From the IMG/VR virus record IMGVR_UViG_3300042975_000100, positions 80,788 to 144,787 of that record: a DNA stretch of 64,000 nt; one strand, written 5' to 3'. The notes under the pieces were generated by a model, which was not told where the DNA came from, did not search any database, and saw nothing but the letters and a program-made list of their open reading frames with translations. Origin of the DNA: a virus. Its lineage: Duplodnaviria > Caudoviricetes. Below are positions 30,335-40,975 of this stretch, piece by piece. The position numbers were made by a program, and so were the translations under genes. Position 1 is the first letter of the stretch. The number at the start of each line of letters is the position of its first letter.

Positions 30335-32728
30335 TTATACCTTGATTACACTCTTCAGTTCACCAGCCAATGGCTTCTCACCAGCACTAATGCTAGAACC
30401 ATCTCTAATCTCCCCAGCTTTCAACTCCAACGTAGCATAGTTAGAGTTCTCAAGCTGAATGATAGTCTCTGGTTTGCAGATAAGAATACGTTTGATTCTA
30501 TCTGTCTTTCCGAGCTTGATTACAGCACTTCCAGACTTACCACGGCTAGACCGCATATTAGCATCCAATGGCAGTTTATTAATACGACCGTTCTTTGTAA
30601 CAACGACCATATTCGTAGCTCCTGGATATATGCATTCCATACCATCAATATCATGACTTGTTCTCATACCAGAATAGCCCTTAGTGGTTCTTCTGATATA
30701 AGGAGCCTCTTCTCCAGAGAGTCTAATAGCCTTATTATGAGAATAGATCAGCAGATCAAATTCTGCAGGCATGAATACTATATCCTTTACATAGTCTCCT
30801 TCATCAAGCTTGCAATACACAAGGCCTTTGTTAGAAGGAACATCGATAAAGTCATCCATATCCATTCTCTTAAGATAGCTATCATTGCTGATCGTATACA
30901 CATAGTATTTGATCTTCGGATTTGATGCCATAGCCTGAAGACTAGACTTAGGAATAGCGCATGCGATATCCGCAGTCAATCCATTGATCATAACTTTGAT
31001 ATCCATTCCGGCTGTTCCTTTCGGAGAGAATGGAATCTTATGCACTGGGTATTCGAATACTTTACCAGTAGCCCCAAAGATAGTGATACTATCCCTATTA
31101 TCAATAGGAATAATGAACTTCTCTCTATCACCGCCAAGTGATCCGATACGCTCATTGATATCTACCTTCTTGATATGGTTATTCTCAGTAATTACTACCT
31201 TGAACATACCACCCGGAATCTGAGATGCTTCTTCTCTGGAGATAACACGACTACGTCTAGGACAGCCATAACGCTTATTAATCTCCTTGAGTTCTTCCTC
31301 GATCTCTTTATCGAGTTCTTCAGTATGGGTAACTTTGTAGAAATACAGATCAGCTTTCTGCTTCTCTTCTTTCACAAGTTCTTCATACTTCTTCATATAC
31401 CCAAGACTCAATTTCTTGAATCCAAGATCCAGAAGGAACTTTGCCTGAAGTGGAGTTACTTTCAAGCTCTTCGTAAATGCTTCAATCATTTTTGCATCAT
31501 CAGCTTTTTTCTGATCATACACCTTATCCTGAATAGCACGAATCTTTCCAGACTTCATTGCGTAGAGATACAACTCATACTTATGGATATTCGTCTTAGA
31601 TTCCTGAAGCTTATTCGTATAAACACGGAATTTAGCTTCTCTACGTGCATTCAAGAAAAGATTAATGTAATGAGTATAACTCAAGAGAGCTGGACCCTTA
31701 CCAAGAATAACTTCAAAATCGACCGGTACTGTAGATTCCATACTGGTCATATTGTATACCATTTCTCTTACATATGCAGGATCTGCCTCACGTTTCAGAA
31801 CGATGTATACTTCGAAGTTCTCCTCTTTAGTCTTCTTGTCAAGTGTAGTATTATTGAGAATCTCATGAACCTGTGGCATCTTATTAGATTCAACAAGTTT
31901 CTCGATCTCCTCTTTAACCGTCTTAAAGAATACCCTATCCGGCATGGAGAGAACTTTCAGAGCTGGATATTTTCCGCCTCTACCATAATCCCACTCAGTG
32001 ATCTCAAGCCGACCACGAACCTTGAATTTACCTTTACCTGTATTACAGATATCTTTGAAGTTCGTAGCGATGATATCTGATCCCATGCAGTTATCAGGAA
32101 TCAAGAATACCTGATGGCGAGGATTATGAATAACTTTGATTGTCTCTGCAATTACCTCTGAGATATTATGCTTCGGAAGTTCCGTTACCATTCCCACTGC
32201 GATGCCACTCGTTCCATTAATCAAAAGATTAGGAACTGCTGCAGGGAAATATACCGGTTCTTTGCAACTATTGTCATAGTTGTTTCTCCAGTCTACGGAT
32301 GACGAGGTTTCATTCAATTCTGATACAATGCAATCTAATGCATAATCAGATAATGCTACCTCAGTATAACGTGCAGCTGACTGCTTATCGCCATACATAC
32401 TACCATAACCACCCTGTGCCCTAATCAAAGGACAATAAATCTCAAACCAGTTTACCATAGGTTTGATCGCATCCTCTACAGATGCTGGGCCATGCGGATG
32501 ATACTTACCGATTACATGGCCTGATACTCGTGACGTTTTAATCGTCTTACAATTGTGCTTGTTCATATGAAAATCCTTGAATAATGAATACAGGATTCTA
32601 CGATGAACATTCTTCAATCCATCAATAGGATTAGGCAATACACGATGCCTAACCAAATAGATGATGTACTCACTGTAATCCATATTATGCTGCTTAAGCA
32701 TATTTACAGGAATGATTTGTTCTGACAT
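30335..32728 (-). CDS. gyrA: type IIA topoisomerase subunit A (GyrA/ParC-like)
   Basis: DGLKNVHRRILY, GKYHPHG, catalytic AARYTE, PNLLINGTSGIAVGM, C-terminal beta-pinwheel repeats. Confidence 0.95.
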   Translation of the reverse strand: MSEQIIPVNMLKQHNMDYSEYIIYLVRHRVLPNPIDGLKNVHRRILYSLFKDFHMNKHNCKTIKTSRVSGHVIGKYHPHGPASVEDAIKPMVNWFEIYCPLIRAQGGYGSMYGDKQSAARYTEVALSDYALDCIVSELNETSSSVDWRNNYDNSCKEPVYFPAAVPNLLINGTSGIAVGMVTELPKHNISEVIAETIKVIHNPRHQVFLIPDNCMGSDIIATNFKDICNTGKGKFKVRGRLEITEWDYGRGGKYPALKVLSMPDRVFFKTVKEEIEKLVESNKMPQVHEILNNTTLDKKTKEENFEVYIVLKREADPAYVREMVYNMTSMESTVPVDFEVILGKGPALLSYTHYINLFLNARREAKFRVYTNKLQESKTNIHKYELYLYAMKSGKIRAIQDKVYDQKKADDAKMIEAFTKSLKVTPLQAKFLLDLGFKKLSLGYMKKYEELVKEEKQKADLYFYKVTHTEELDKEIEEELKEINKRYGCPRRSRVISREEASQIPGGMFKVVITENNHIKKVDINERIGSLGGDREKFIIPIDNRDSITIFGATGKVFEYPVHKIPFSPKGTAGMDIKVMINGLTADIACAIPKSSLQAMASNPKIKYYVYTISNDSYLKRMDMDDFIDVPSNKGLVYCKLDEGDYVKDIVFMPAEFDLLIYSHNKAIRLSGEEAPYIRRTTKGYSGMRTSHDIDGMECIYPGATNMVVVTKNGRINKLPLDANMRSSRGKSGSAVIKLGKTDRIKRILICKPETIIQLENSNYATLELKAGEIRDGSSISAGEKPLAGELKSVIKV

Positions 32729-32793
32729 TAAACTCTAACTCCTTTTTGTATTTGGATTTCTTTCATATCTATAATATATAGCCAAGCTTCAGA

Positions 32794-33099
32794 TTATAAG
32801 CATAAAAGAAATGGAACCAGCGAAATGCCAATTAGAGCTATAGTCTTGCTGATTCTATCTCCTATAATCATAGCCCATAAAGCACCCTCTAACAATCCTA
32901 TGACACTTGTGCTCAATCCATCTCCAAGTGATAAGGACTTATGTGCTACGCATATCATTATTGCAGATAACACACAACCACCCATAGACCAAAATAAACC
33001 ACGATCTACATTCATAAGCGTTCCAATTGCTATATATGTCCACCCAAATACCACGATAGGAAATAATGGATGCAACTGATATATTTGATCAAATAACAT
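32794..33099 (-). CDS. small polytopic membrane protein
   Basis: About 4 hydrophobic segments; start moved to 33099 (AAAGGTG RBS). Confidence 0.55.
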   Translation of the reverse strand: MLFDQIYQLHPLFPIVVFGWTYIAIGTLMNVDRGLFWSMGGCVLSAIMICVAHKSLSLGDGLSTSVIGLLEGALWAMIIGDRISKTIALIGISLVPFLLCL

Positions 33100-33166
33100 G
33101 TAATCACCTTTCGTATAGAAAAGTAAAAAAGAGTAGGAGATCAAACCCCTACTCTCTTATAATTTC

Positions 33167-33985
33167 TTAGTGACGCATTTTCTTCTTGAGGTTCTTCTTA
33201 CCCTCATGCTTCTTGCCTTGCTGAGCTTCCGGAATCTCTGGCTCAAGAGCCTCTCCATGTGCTTCAGCCTCTTTGACTGGCGGCTCTACCTTATCTCGAA
33301 CAGCCTCTTCCAGTTCTTCTTCAGCGTTGTTGCAAGAGGCATCAACTCCGGAGGTACACTGCTCGGTTGTGTCGATGATATCTTCTTCATGCTTGTCAAG
33401 CTCAGGCTCTTTCCCCTCTGCCGTGGAAGGATGACTTGCTTCTTTTTCAACTTCCTTCACCTCTACTTTATCTCCAGTAGATCCGAATCCACCATTGCGG
33501 GATTTACCCACTCCAGCTTCATCTCCTTCTACTACAAAATACTGCTGGATTACACCTTGACAGAAGCGACTTCCCTGCTCAATGATAACAGGTTTGCCGC
33601 TGTTATTCTTTATGAACTCTACGATATGACCTTCATTAGAAGGGTTACCATAGTAATCAGAATCAATTACAGAAACCTGATTCATCAGTTCAAGACCGCG
33701 CTTCGTAGCATATCCAGAACGGATATACATAGCGAGGAATTTATCTTTGTCGAGCTTTACTTTGATTCCCGTTGGGACCTTTGCCGAACCGTGCGCAGGT
33801 ACGAGAACAGTAATAGGAGCGACAAAATCGTAACCAGCAGAAGCTCCAGTGGAACGAACAGGTACTGGCATTTTCTCTTCAAAGTATTTGACAAGTAATG
33901 CAATCTGACTGTTACTGGTAACCGCATTGCGATTCTCCTCCAAATATGCTTTATATGCTTCTGTACTAATTTTTTCAAACTTCAT
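33167..33985 (-). CDS. dut: trimeric dUTPase with an acidic C-terminal extension
   Basis: Motifs I-V: SAGYDF, RSG, VIDSDYYG, RFCQG, RNGGFGSTG; then about 100 aa Glu-rich tail ending in a Lys-rich tip. Confidence 0.93.
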   Translation of the reverse strand: MKFEKISTEAYKAYLEENRNAVTSNSQIALLVKYFEEKMPVPVRSTGASAGYDFVAPITVLVPAHGSAKVPTGIKVKLDKDKFLAMYIRSGYATKRGLELMNQVSVIDSDYYGNPSNEGHIVEFIKNNSGKPVIIEQGSRFCQGVIQQYFVVEGDEAGVGKSRNGGFGSTGDKVEVKEVEKEASHPSTAEGKEPELDKHEEDIIDTTEQCTSGVDASCNNAEEELEEAVRDKVEPPVKEAEAHGEALEPEIPEAQQGKKHEGKKNLKKKMRH

Positions 33986-34102
33986 TTTTGCATCTCCTTA
34001 AGTGACGTATTTGGCCTCATCTAGAGAGCCCTATTATATTGTTTACGCTCTAATTAAAAAATAAAGGGAGACTATAGGGCCTCCCTCCATTTTCATACAA
34101 AC

Positions 34103-34402
34103 TCAGCGTTTATGCTCTACTAATGTTACCTTACCAGTAAGCACACCGAATGTGCTATCTTCCTGATAGGTATAGGTTTCTGCATCTTCGTCTGGCCTCA
34201 TCTCTCTGGTAAGATACCAGAGAGAATCACTCTTATCCCAGTTGGTATTTACCAGTTTGGTATTGGCAGGAAGGTCAACTGTCATGTTACCACCGATATG
34301 CCTAGCTACCGGATTAAAACCTAAGAAAAATGAAACTGCTGAGCAGAATACAATTATAAGAATCACTACAAGAATAAGTTGATTCATATTTTTAATGCTC
34401 AT
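34103..34402 (-). CDS. phage membrane-anchored protein
   Basis: N-terminal TM followed by AR..GG...VDLP...KLVN..W....LWYLTR.M....AETY.Y.E.S..G...G.V, a pattern I recognise from other phage proteins. Confidence 0.65.
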   Translation of the reverse strand: MSIKNMNQLILVVILIIVFCSAVSFFLGFNPVARHIGGNMTVDLPANTKLVNTNWDKSDSLWYLTREMRPDEDAETYTYQEDSTFGVLTGKVTLVEHKR

Positions 34403-35405
34403 TTTTCATTCTCCTTGCTACATCTTCATCTACCGGAATACACTCAAGATCTGCGAATGGGTTAAAGCAAGATCTCCAACCACATGCATGAGCGTGCCCG
34501 CCTCCACCATACTTAATGGCAATAGGTTCACCATCAAAATCTGGCTTATCGGAGAAGAGCGAGATCGTCCATTCTCCACTACGAAGTTTGCTATATATAG
34601 CAACTGCATCATACTCTTTGATATGAGCACCAAAGCTATACGATGATCCCCTTCCCTCACGAATACAAATGCGATGCCCTTCAAAGGTGCATACCTTTGC
34701 AAATGCATAGTACATCAGCTCATTGACTTCAGCATTCAGTTCGTAGAACCTCTTCCCGATCCTAAGTGCTCTCTTAAAGCAGCTTTCATCATAAAGCAAA
34801 TCGGAAAGCATTTTGCTATCAACATCATTCATCATAGCTTTATAAGTGAATGCATTAAGATACCATGCATCCAAATTGGATGGATCGGCATTGATATCAT
34901 AGCACCATACCAGATCAACCAGCTTTTTGACATGAGGGGAAGACATGTATTCAGGACAGGAGTTAACCCCTTCCTCTATTACCATTTCATAACAGAGTTT
35001 CGTACCAGAACTCTTCATGTCCACTATACCGTTAACCTTTGTAAAGTTATTGGCCAGTATCTTATCGAGCTCTGGAACTGCAGACTTGTGATGATCTCTC
35101 CAGAATACCATATCGCAATTAGGTTCATTCTCGAACTTCTTTGCTTCTTCATACGGGAAATTATAGTCTGTGATGAACACAACTGTTCTTCCGAAGTTAT
35201 GGATATTATCAATGATACTATCCCAATCGGCCCTTGTATCTCTATAATCGCACTTGAGCATGATTATAGTTTCGAACTTTGGGTGCATCCAATCGTAGAG
35301 CATCCTAGCTCCTACCAGTCCGTCATTGTCATCATGATGGATGATAATGATTCTTTTGATACCTTCCGATACCATTGTTTCAAGTAAATCTTTCTTTTCT
35401 GACAT
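34392..35405 (-). CDS. DHH/DHHA1 phosphoesterase
   Basis: HHDDNDG, FITDY, RDHH, C-terminal GGGGHAHACG. Confidence 0.88.
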   Translation of the reverse strand: MSEKKDLLETMVSEGIKRIIIIHHDDNDGLVGARMLYDWMHPKFETIIMLKCDYRDTRADWDSIIDNIHNFGRTVVFITDYNFPYEEAKKFENEPNCDMVFWRDHHKSAVPELDKILANNFTKVNGIVDMKSSGTKLCYEMVIEEGVNSCPEYMSSPHVKKLVDLVWCYDINADPSNLDAWYLNAFTYKAMMNDVDSKMLSDLLYDESCFKRALRIGKRFYELNAEVNELMYYAFAKVCTFEGHRICIREGRGSSYSFGAHIKEYDAVAIYSKLRSGEWTISLFSDKPDFDGEPIAIKYGGGGHAHACGWRSCFNPFADLECIPVDEDVARRMKNEH

Positions 35406-35493
35406 TGTGTATATCCTCCTTATAGATACTAAATATTGTCATTCACCATTATAATATATGCTTATTACAACGTCTAATTACAGATAAAAAATA

Positions 35494-35521
35494 ATACCCC
35501 TACCCGAAGGTAGGGTATTAT
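35494..35521 (-). terminator. intrinsic terminator after gyrB
   Basis: AATACCCCTACC-CGAA-GGTAGGG(G)TATT-type hairpin with flanking A/T tracts. Confidence 0.75.
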
Positions 35522-35523
35522 TT

Positions 35524-37921
35524 TTACAAATCGTATCCGCTAAAGTCAACCATATCAAGAATAGCCTTCTTGTTTGAATCATAGTTTCGAATAGCCTGAA
35601 TCTCTTTGTCGATATCCGCTGCAGTTACCTGCATAAGAGTTCTATTATAATCTGGATGCAAGGTAGATTCCATAAGCTGCCATGCATCCATTTCGCCCAG
35701 TCCTTTATAGCGCTGGATATTGGATGGCTGATACTTATCGTAGATATTCATCAAGCCGAGTAATGTCGTAGATTGGCCATTGACTCTGAATCCATTATAT
35801 GGGCAATTGTCAATAAGATTGATCAGATTTACACAACGATTCTCCATGAATTCATTGTATACGATAGTCTGAATCTTCTCCCCAGTCAATCCATCGAAGC
35901 ATAAAGATCCATTAGTTACCTTGACGCTCATATACGGATCGATCTTCTTCAGAAGCTTCTCAGTCTTCGTAGCATTATTCTTACGATTACGAAGAATGAA
36001 TTCCAATAAGAATGGATCTACAGAGAACGTCTGGCAGCAACTCGTAGCCAGCTCTTGCATATCATGGTTAACCACGATAAGATGCTTCAACTCACGAGGC
36101 GGAATCTTGTGTCCTTTATCATCGGTAACAGATACCTCATGGCTGAATCCTTTCATAGTATACTCTACATAATCTTCCATGGTAGTAAAGTATACAACTT
36201 TACCATTATGCAGCGTAACAGAATACAGTGGCGGTTGTGCGAAATAGAACCTGCCGGCTTCAAGAGCTGCACGATAATATACGATCATAGTCTTAAGGAT
36301 CAACTGTCTGATATGTTTACCATCGACATCTGCATCCGCCAGTACAATGATCTTATCAAATGGACATTTCTCAAGAATGAAGTTTTTTCCATCTCCGGAA
36401 CCTAGTAAAGAGCGCAGTCCGACTGCCTCTTCATTCTCAAAGTATGCCGCTCTATTATACGACATCGCATTCTTAAATTTACCGCGAATTGGGAATATAC
36501 CTTGACGTTTTGGATCTCGTGCTTTTCTAGCAGGACCCATAGCTGAGTCTCCTTCTACTATAAGAAGCTCAAGATTCTTCTTACCGATTGGCTTTTCATA
36601 TTTAGCCGGAAGTCCATCGATCGAAGATTTATTCTTCAATACGATCTTAGCCTTATCTTTCTCTCCCTTTGTACGGAGATCGGCTACTTCCTTCAAGTAT
36701 TTACATAACTTTTGCAAATCATCAGAGTGAGTCTTAATCCATTCATTCAGCTGAACACGAATAGTGTTCTTCACAAACTCCGGAACGTCTTCATTACTGA
36801 AGATCTCCTTAGCCTGACCCGAGAATATCGGATCGATATGTGATACTGTAATGACAGCATTAAGCCCAGCATTGATAACGTCATCTGCGATGACCTTTGT
36901 CTTAGATTTGGTATTCGCCAGAAACACTTTATTCATGTGATTTCTGAAGAAACTACCAACCTCATCAACAAACGCTTTCGTATGTACACTTGTATGTGCA
37001 TCATCTGAAATACCGCCTGTTGGACAAGCATTTGCAAAGCTACGTACTACCGCTTTTCCTCCGACATTCGTTGGGTCGAAGGTAAAAGCTATATCGGTTT
37101 TCATTGTAAGATCGTCTTTGATAGCACTGATAGTAATCGGTGCGATCAACGGCTTTCCAATTGTAGAAATGATATACGTCAGGATACCATCCTGATTGGT
37201 AATGTCCTGCTTGAACTGAGTTCCATCGAGACGAGTTCCTACGAACTGAACAGTAGTTCCGATGTTCATCAACGGAACCAGAGTTGCCACAAGGTTAAGG
37301 ACATCTTCACACGTACATGTGATATCTCCCATGATAAGTTTGGAAGGTACGAAGGTTACCCTAGTACCCTGGAAATCATCCTTGTTAGGTTTTTCCACTT
37401 CTCCCTTATGAGAACCCTTGAGGTTTACCACTTCTCCTTCTTTGAATTCGATGTGGTGACATGCAGGTTTACCATTGATCAAACTGCACATATAAGAGTC
37501 TACGATGAACGAATGACTCAAGGCGTTTACAACCTTGGAACCTACACCATGCATTCCGGATGCGAATACTCCGGCACGCGGTTTGAAGTTTGAACCAGTA
37601 TTGGTATTGGTGAAGATATTGTGCATATCTCCAAAAGGAATACCTCTACCATTATCCAGTACAGAAACTGTTTTGGTAACCTCATCATAAGATACCATAC
37701 CAGTTGTACATGGTGAATCTTCCTTCTGAATCTCATCAAGCATATTCTGCACGATCTCTCGTACCATATTGATGAAACCCTTGTTACCCTTATATCCAAT
37801 GAACTCACCCTGGACGTTTTCTGATCGCTTCAAAGTCCGAAAGGCTGATAATAGTATCAGCATAGCCTTTGATTTTCTTGATCTTGTCTGCAGTGAGATT
37901 TCCTTTCTTCAACTTAGGCAT
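35524..37921 (-). CDS. gyrB: type IIA topoisomerase subunit B (GyrB/ParE-like), with an apparent +1 frameshift at 37805-37810
   Basis: EIVQN..DE, DNGRGIP, SGMHGVGSKVVNALS, VEGDSA, PIRGK, DADVDG, RYKGLGEM. The true N-terminus (AGGAGG RBS, MPKLKK...FEAIRKRPG) is in another frame ending GGG-TGA. Confidence 0.93.
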
Positions 37922-38034
37922 TCGTTTGCCTCCTACTTTGTAAAAATAAATTAATCATTAAAAGCATAAATTGAGGAGTAGAGAATAATCTCTACTCCCC
38001 TATTATTTGCTCTTAACAATTTACGGCTTCAGGA

Positions 38035-38952
38035 TCAACCTTTGAAACCGTTGTTGATGTCCGGGCTCTTAACAGTCGTTGCCTTCTGTTCAGTTTTACC
38101 CTGGGCAGCAGTTGTTGCCGGACCCTGTTCCGGAACTACATAACCTACGCCGTTACCAGCTACAGGTGCACCGTAGTTGATTGCCGGAGCCTGACCCATC
38201 ATCATACCCATACCCATTGCAGGATTCATTGCACCCTGCTGAGCCATCTGCTGCTGCGGCTGTGCCTGCATCATCGGGTTCATCATGCCCATACCCATCG
38301 GTGCCTGCTGAGCCATCTGCTGCTGCTGTGCCTGCATAGCCTGCTGCTGCTGAAGCACCATGCTCGGATTCATCATACCGCCCATTCCCATGTTTCCACC
38401 GAACGGACCATAGAGATTCTGCCAAGCCATCATAGCCTGATTGCCAGCGCCATAGCTCTGTACACCAGTGTTTACGCCACCAATGCGCTCGAAATACTTC
38501 TTTGCATATGCATAGAAGCTCGGGATCTTCTTGATGAAGCCGCTGATGAGATACAGGTTGCGACCAACATCTTCCGGAATAGCACCATACATCAGTTTGA
38601 TGCTCTGGAAGATATCATTGAAGTTCGAGCAGGTGTTCTCGATCTCTTCCATAGAGATACCGTCACCAGTCTCGATCAGATGGAAGTTCTCGCCGCAGAT
38701 GCTGCAAGTAACCGAACCATCTTCCTGCTGCTCGAGGCAGATAGCGCCAGTGCGTGCATCCTTATGCGTGCACAGTGCTTTCAAGCCTTCTTCTTTGGTC
38801 AGACGACCAGAGAATTCCGGATTCTTCTTGCGGAGCTGATCCTGCTCGTCAGCAGACAGAAGCTGACGCATCTGAATCTTTTCCGGGGCCTGCTGCATCT
38901 GATTTGCATAACCCATGAAACCGTTGTACCCGTTGTTGAAATTGTTGAACAT
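38035..38952 (-). CDS. early protein with a zinc-finger-like core and a Q/M/G/N-rich low-complexity C-terminal region
   Basis: CTH...C...CSIC; tail MGMGGMMNPSMVLQQQQAMQAQQQQMAQQAPMGMGMMNPMMQAQPQQQMAQQ; AAGGGGAGG RBS at ATG 38952; promoter at 39028. Confidence 0.8.
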   Translation of the reverse strand: MFNNFNNGYNGFMGYANQMQQAPEKIQMRQLLSADEQDQLRKKNPEFSGRLTKEEGLKALCTHKDARTGAICLEQQEDGSVTCSICGENFHLIETGDGISMEEIENTCSNFNDIFQSIKLMYGAIPEDVGRNLYLISGFIKKIPSFYAYAKKYFERIGGVNTGVQSYGAGNQAMMAWQNLYGPFGGNMGMGGMMNPSMVLQQQQAMQAQQQQMAQQAPMGMGMMNPMMQAQPQQQMAQQGAMNPAMGMGMMMGQAPAINYGAPVAGNGVGYVVPEQGPATTAAQGKTEQKATTVKSPDINNGFKG

Positions 38953-39084
38953 TTGTTGTTTCCTCCCCTTAGCTAAGGTTGTTAATTTATCCAGGATTAC
39001 CAAATGGCAATCCTGAATATCACACTTATAATATATACTTACTTTTATGTTTAAGCAGTATATTTTTTGACATTTGAAAACCTA

Positions 39085-39636
39085 TCAATCTTTAGGTTTC
39101 GCTCCATCTGGCCACTCATAGGCGCCAAACTTCTGATCCTGAATCTGAACCTTGTTATCTTTCTGATCGATAAGCCAGTTCTGATCAGTTCTATTAAACC
39201 AGTGTTTGATAAGCAGTGGTTTCTTATCAGCAGTGATAATATTTCTAGCTATCAAGCTATCCAAATACTGCTCAAACTGAGGACGCGTTGGATGGAAGCT
39301 CATCTGCTGAATCTGATCATAGTCTGCACAGCTAACCATAACAGGCGTAGCTACACTACTAATGCCAGACATAGGAATGGTGCTAACATTTCCTCGCGTC
39401 GGAGACTCAAACCAAATGACGCACTTATTGGCATCATCCCAGAAGAATTCACTGATGTTACCCTCGATGCCGTGTTCATTGTCAAGACGAATGTAAATCG
39501 ACGGAGTTCTTAACTCGAACAGCGGATTCCCTTTTGCGTCTAATTTTTGCTTTGAAGTGTTTTCGTCTATAATCGGAATCTTCACTGTAAGCTTCGCTAT
39601 ATCCGCTAAGTTTTTGTGAATGAGATCTAATTCCAT
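39085..39636 (-). CDS. hypothetical protein
   Basis: ORF track; likely start ATG at 39636. Confidence 0.7.
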   Translation of the reverse strand: MELDLIHKNLADIAKLTVKIPIIDENTSKQKLDAKGNPLFELRTPSIYIRLDNEHGIEGNISEFFWDDANKCVIWFESPTRGNVSTIPMSGISSVATPVMVSCADYDQIQQMSFHPTRPQFEQYLDSLIARNIITADKKPLLIKHWFNRTDQNWLIDQKDNKVQIQDQKFGAYEWPDGAKPKD

Positions 39637-39959
39637 TATCTTTTCCACCTTTCTCTTGGTAATCTTTTGGTATATTCAATACCGTAATTCCTACTCCACC
39701 TTCTGACACAATGAGAATAAAGTTTCCATACACTCTCAAATCATATCCAGGCTTACTAATACTACACAAGTATCTAAACAAAGATTCCTTCTTTTGTTCA
39801 CGAACCTGATTTAGCGTTAGACCCTTGTTATAGAATTTCTGGATGAAGCGCTTATGAGCTCTCTTAGGAATACCTACACGCATGTGTATTCTTTTTGATA
39901 GGTGGGTAGTCTCGACTGCATCTTTGTCGTCAAAACTCTGGCTCTTTTTCCATAGCCAT
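39636..39959 (-). CDS. small basic protein (T-H-x3-R-x3-R-x-GI pattern), interrupted by apparent homopolymer indels
   Basis: GGAGAG RBS and ATG at 39959/39953 join the ...TTHLSKRIHMRVGIPK frame if one A is removed at 39945-39949; adding one A at 39641-39644 gives a TAATG stop/start overlap. Confidence 0.5.
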
Positions 39960-40025
39960 CATCACTCTCCGATCAAAAAAAAAATAAAGCGGGATAGCAT
40001 GCATCTACCCCACTTTACCTAATTG

Positions 40026-40478
40026 TTAAACCGCGTATCTGAACGGCTTAATATTATTCATCATGATCGTAAGAACATTGATGTCCCCACTCATCATAAT
40101 TGCATTTAAGCCCTCATCGATAATCGAGTAAGCCTGAAGACTTTCTCTATCTGCACGCTCGATATCTTTAAATAAGGGATCTGCCGCGTTGGACGGAAGA
40201 TTCAACTTTATCAACTCAAGCCCATTGCAATGAGTCATATAATAGAATCGCTTCTGCCATGAAGCATTCTTCAGGATCGTAATAAAGTTACCATCCAAGA
40301 AGTATCTGCCATGCTTTTCCACATTCAAATTGCCATGAGCAATATCTTTGAATAGGAAGTGGCTCTTTTTCATGATATCATTCGGACGAACTTTAGTCAT
40401 AAAGTCCTCACCGAAATCTCTTATCATGTTGTCAAAAAACATGGAACCACGTTTCTTTTGCTGCATAGGTCTACCCAC
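40026..40478 (-). CDS. hypothetical protein
   Basis: 150 aa, GTG start with AAGGAG RBS. Confidence 0.7.
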   Translation of the reverse strand: MGRPMQQKKRGSMFFDNMIRDFGEDFMTKVRPNDIMKKSHFLFKDIAHGNLNVEKHGRYFLDGNFITILKNASWQKRFYYMTHCNGLELIKLNLPSNAADPLFKDIERADRESLQAYSIIDEGLNAIMMSGDINVLTIMMNNIKPFRYAV

Positions 40479-40490
40479 TGTTATCGCTCC

Positions 40491-40907
40491 TTATTTCAAA
40501 TTAAGTTCTTTGTTGTACTTCTCATCGAGTTCTTCATCCGTGATATCGTAGTTGTCTTTGATAAACGATACGAAATCTTCGAATGTGAAGTCGAATTCGG
40601 ATTCCATTTTTTCATCAAGCACATCCTGTTCCTGACAGAACCGAATAAATGTAAACGGACTCCATGCCTGACGAATCAATGCGGATTCAGAGATTACATA
40701 GCAATCATCCAATTCCAAGTCCTGTAAATTTGCAAAGAAGAAGTCGATGACATCCCGTTTACCGGTCATCAATCTCCATTCCGTAGCAGCCGTGTTATCA
40801 GCCCATGTAATCAATACCAAATAATGCTTTTCAGGATTAGCATTAATCACCTCTTTAGTTACTGGGTCTACGATGTGCATTACATTTTTCTTTTCTTCGA
40901 TTAACAT
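40491..40907 (-). CDS. acidic hypothetical early protein
   Basis: AAGGAG RBS at ATG 40907; promoter at 40964. Confidence 0.7.
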   Translation of the reverse strand: MLIEEKKNVMHIVDPVTKEVINANPEKHYLVLITWADNTAATEWRLMTGKRDVIDFFFANLQDLELDDCYVISESALIRQAWSPFTFIRFCQEQDVLDEKMESEFDFTFEDFVSFIKDNYDITDEELDEKYNKELNLK

Positions 40908-40975
40908 TTCAACACTCTCCTTATAATAGTTATTAGATTGAGTACGCATACTCTATCATAGCTATAATATATAAC

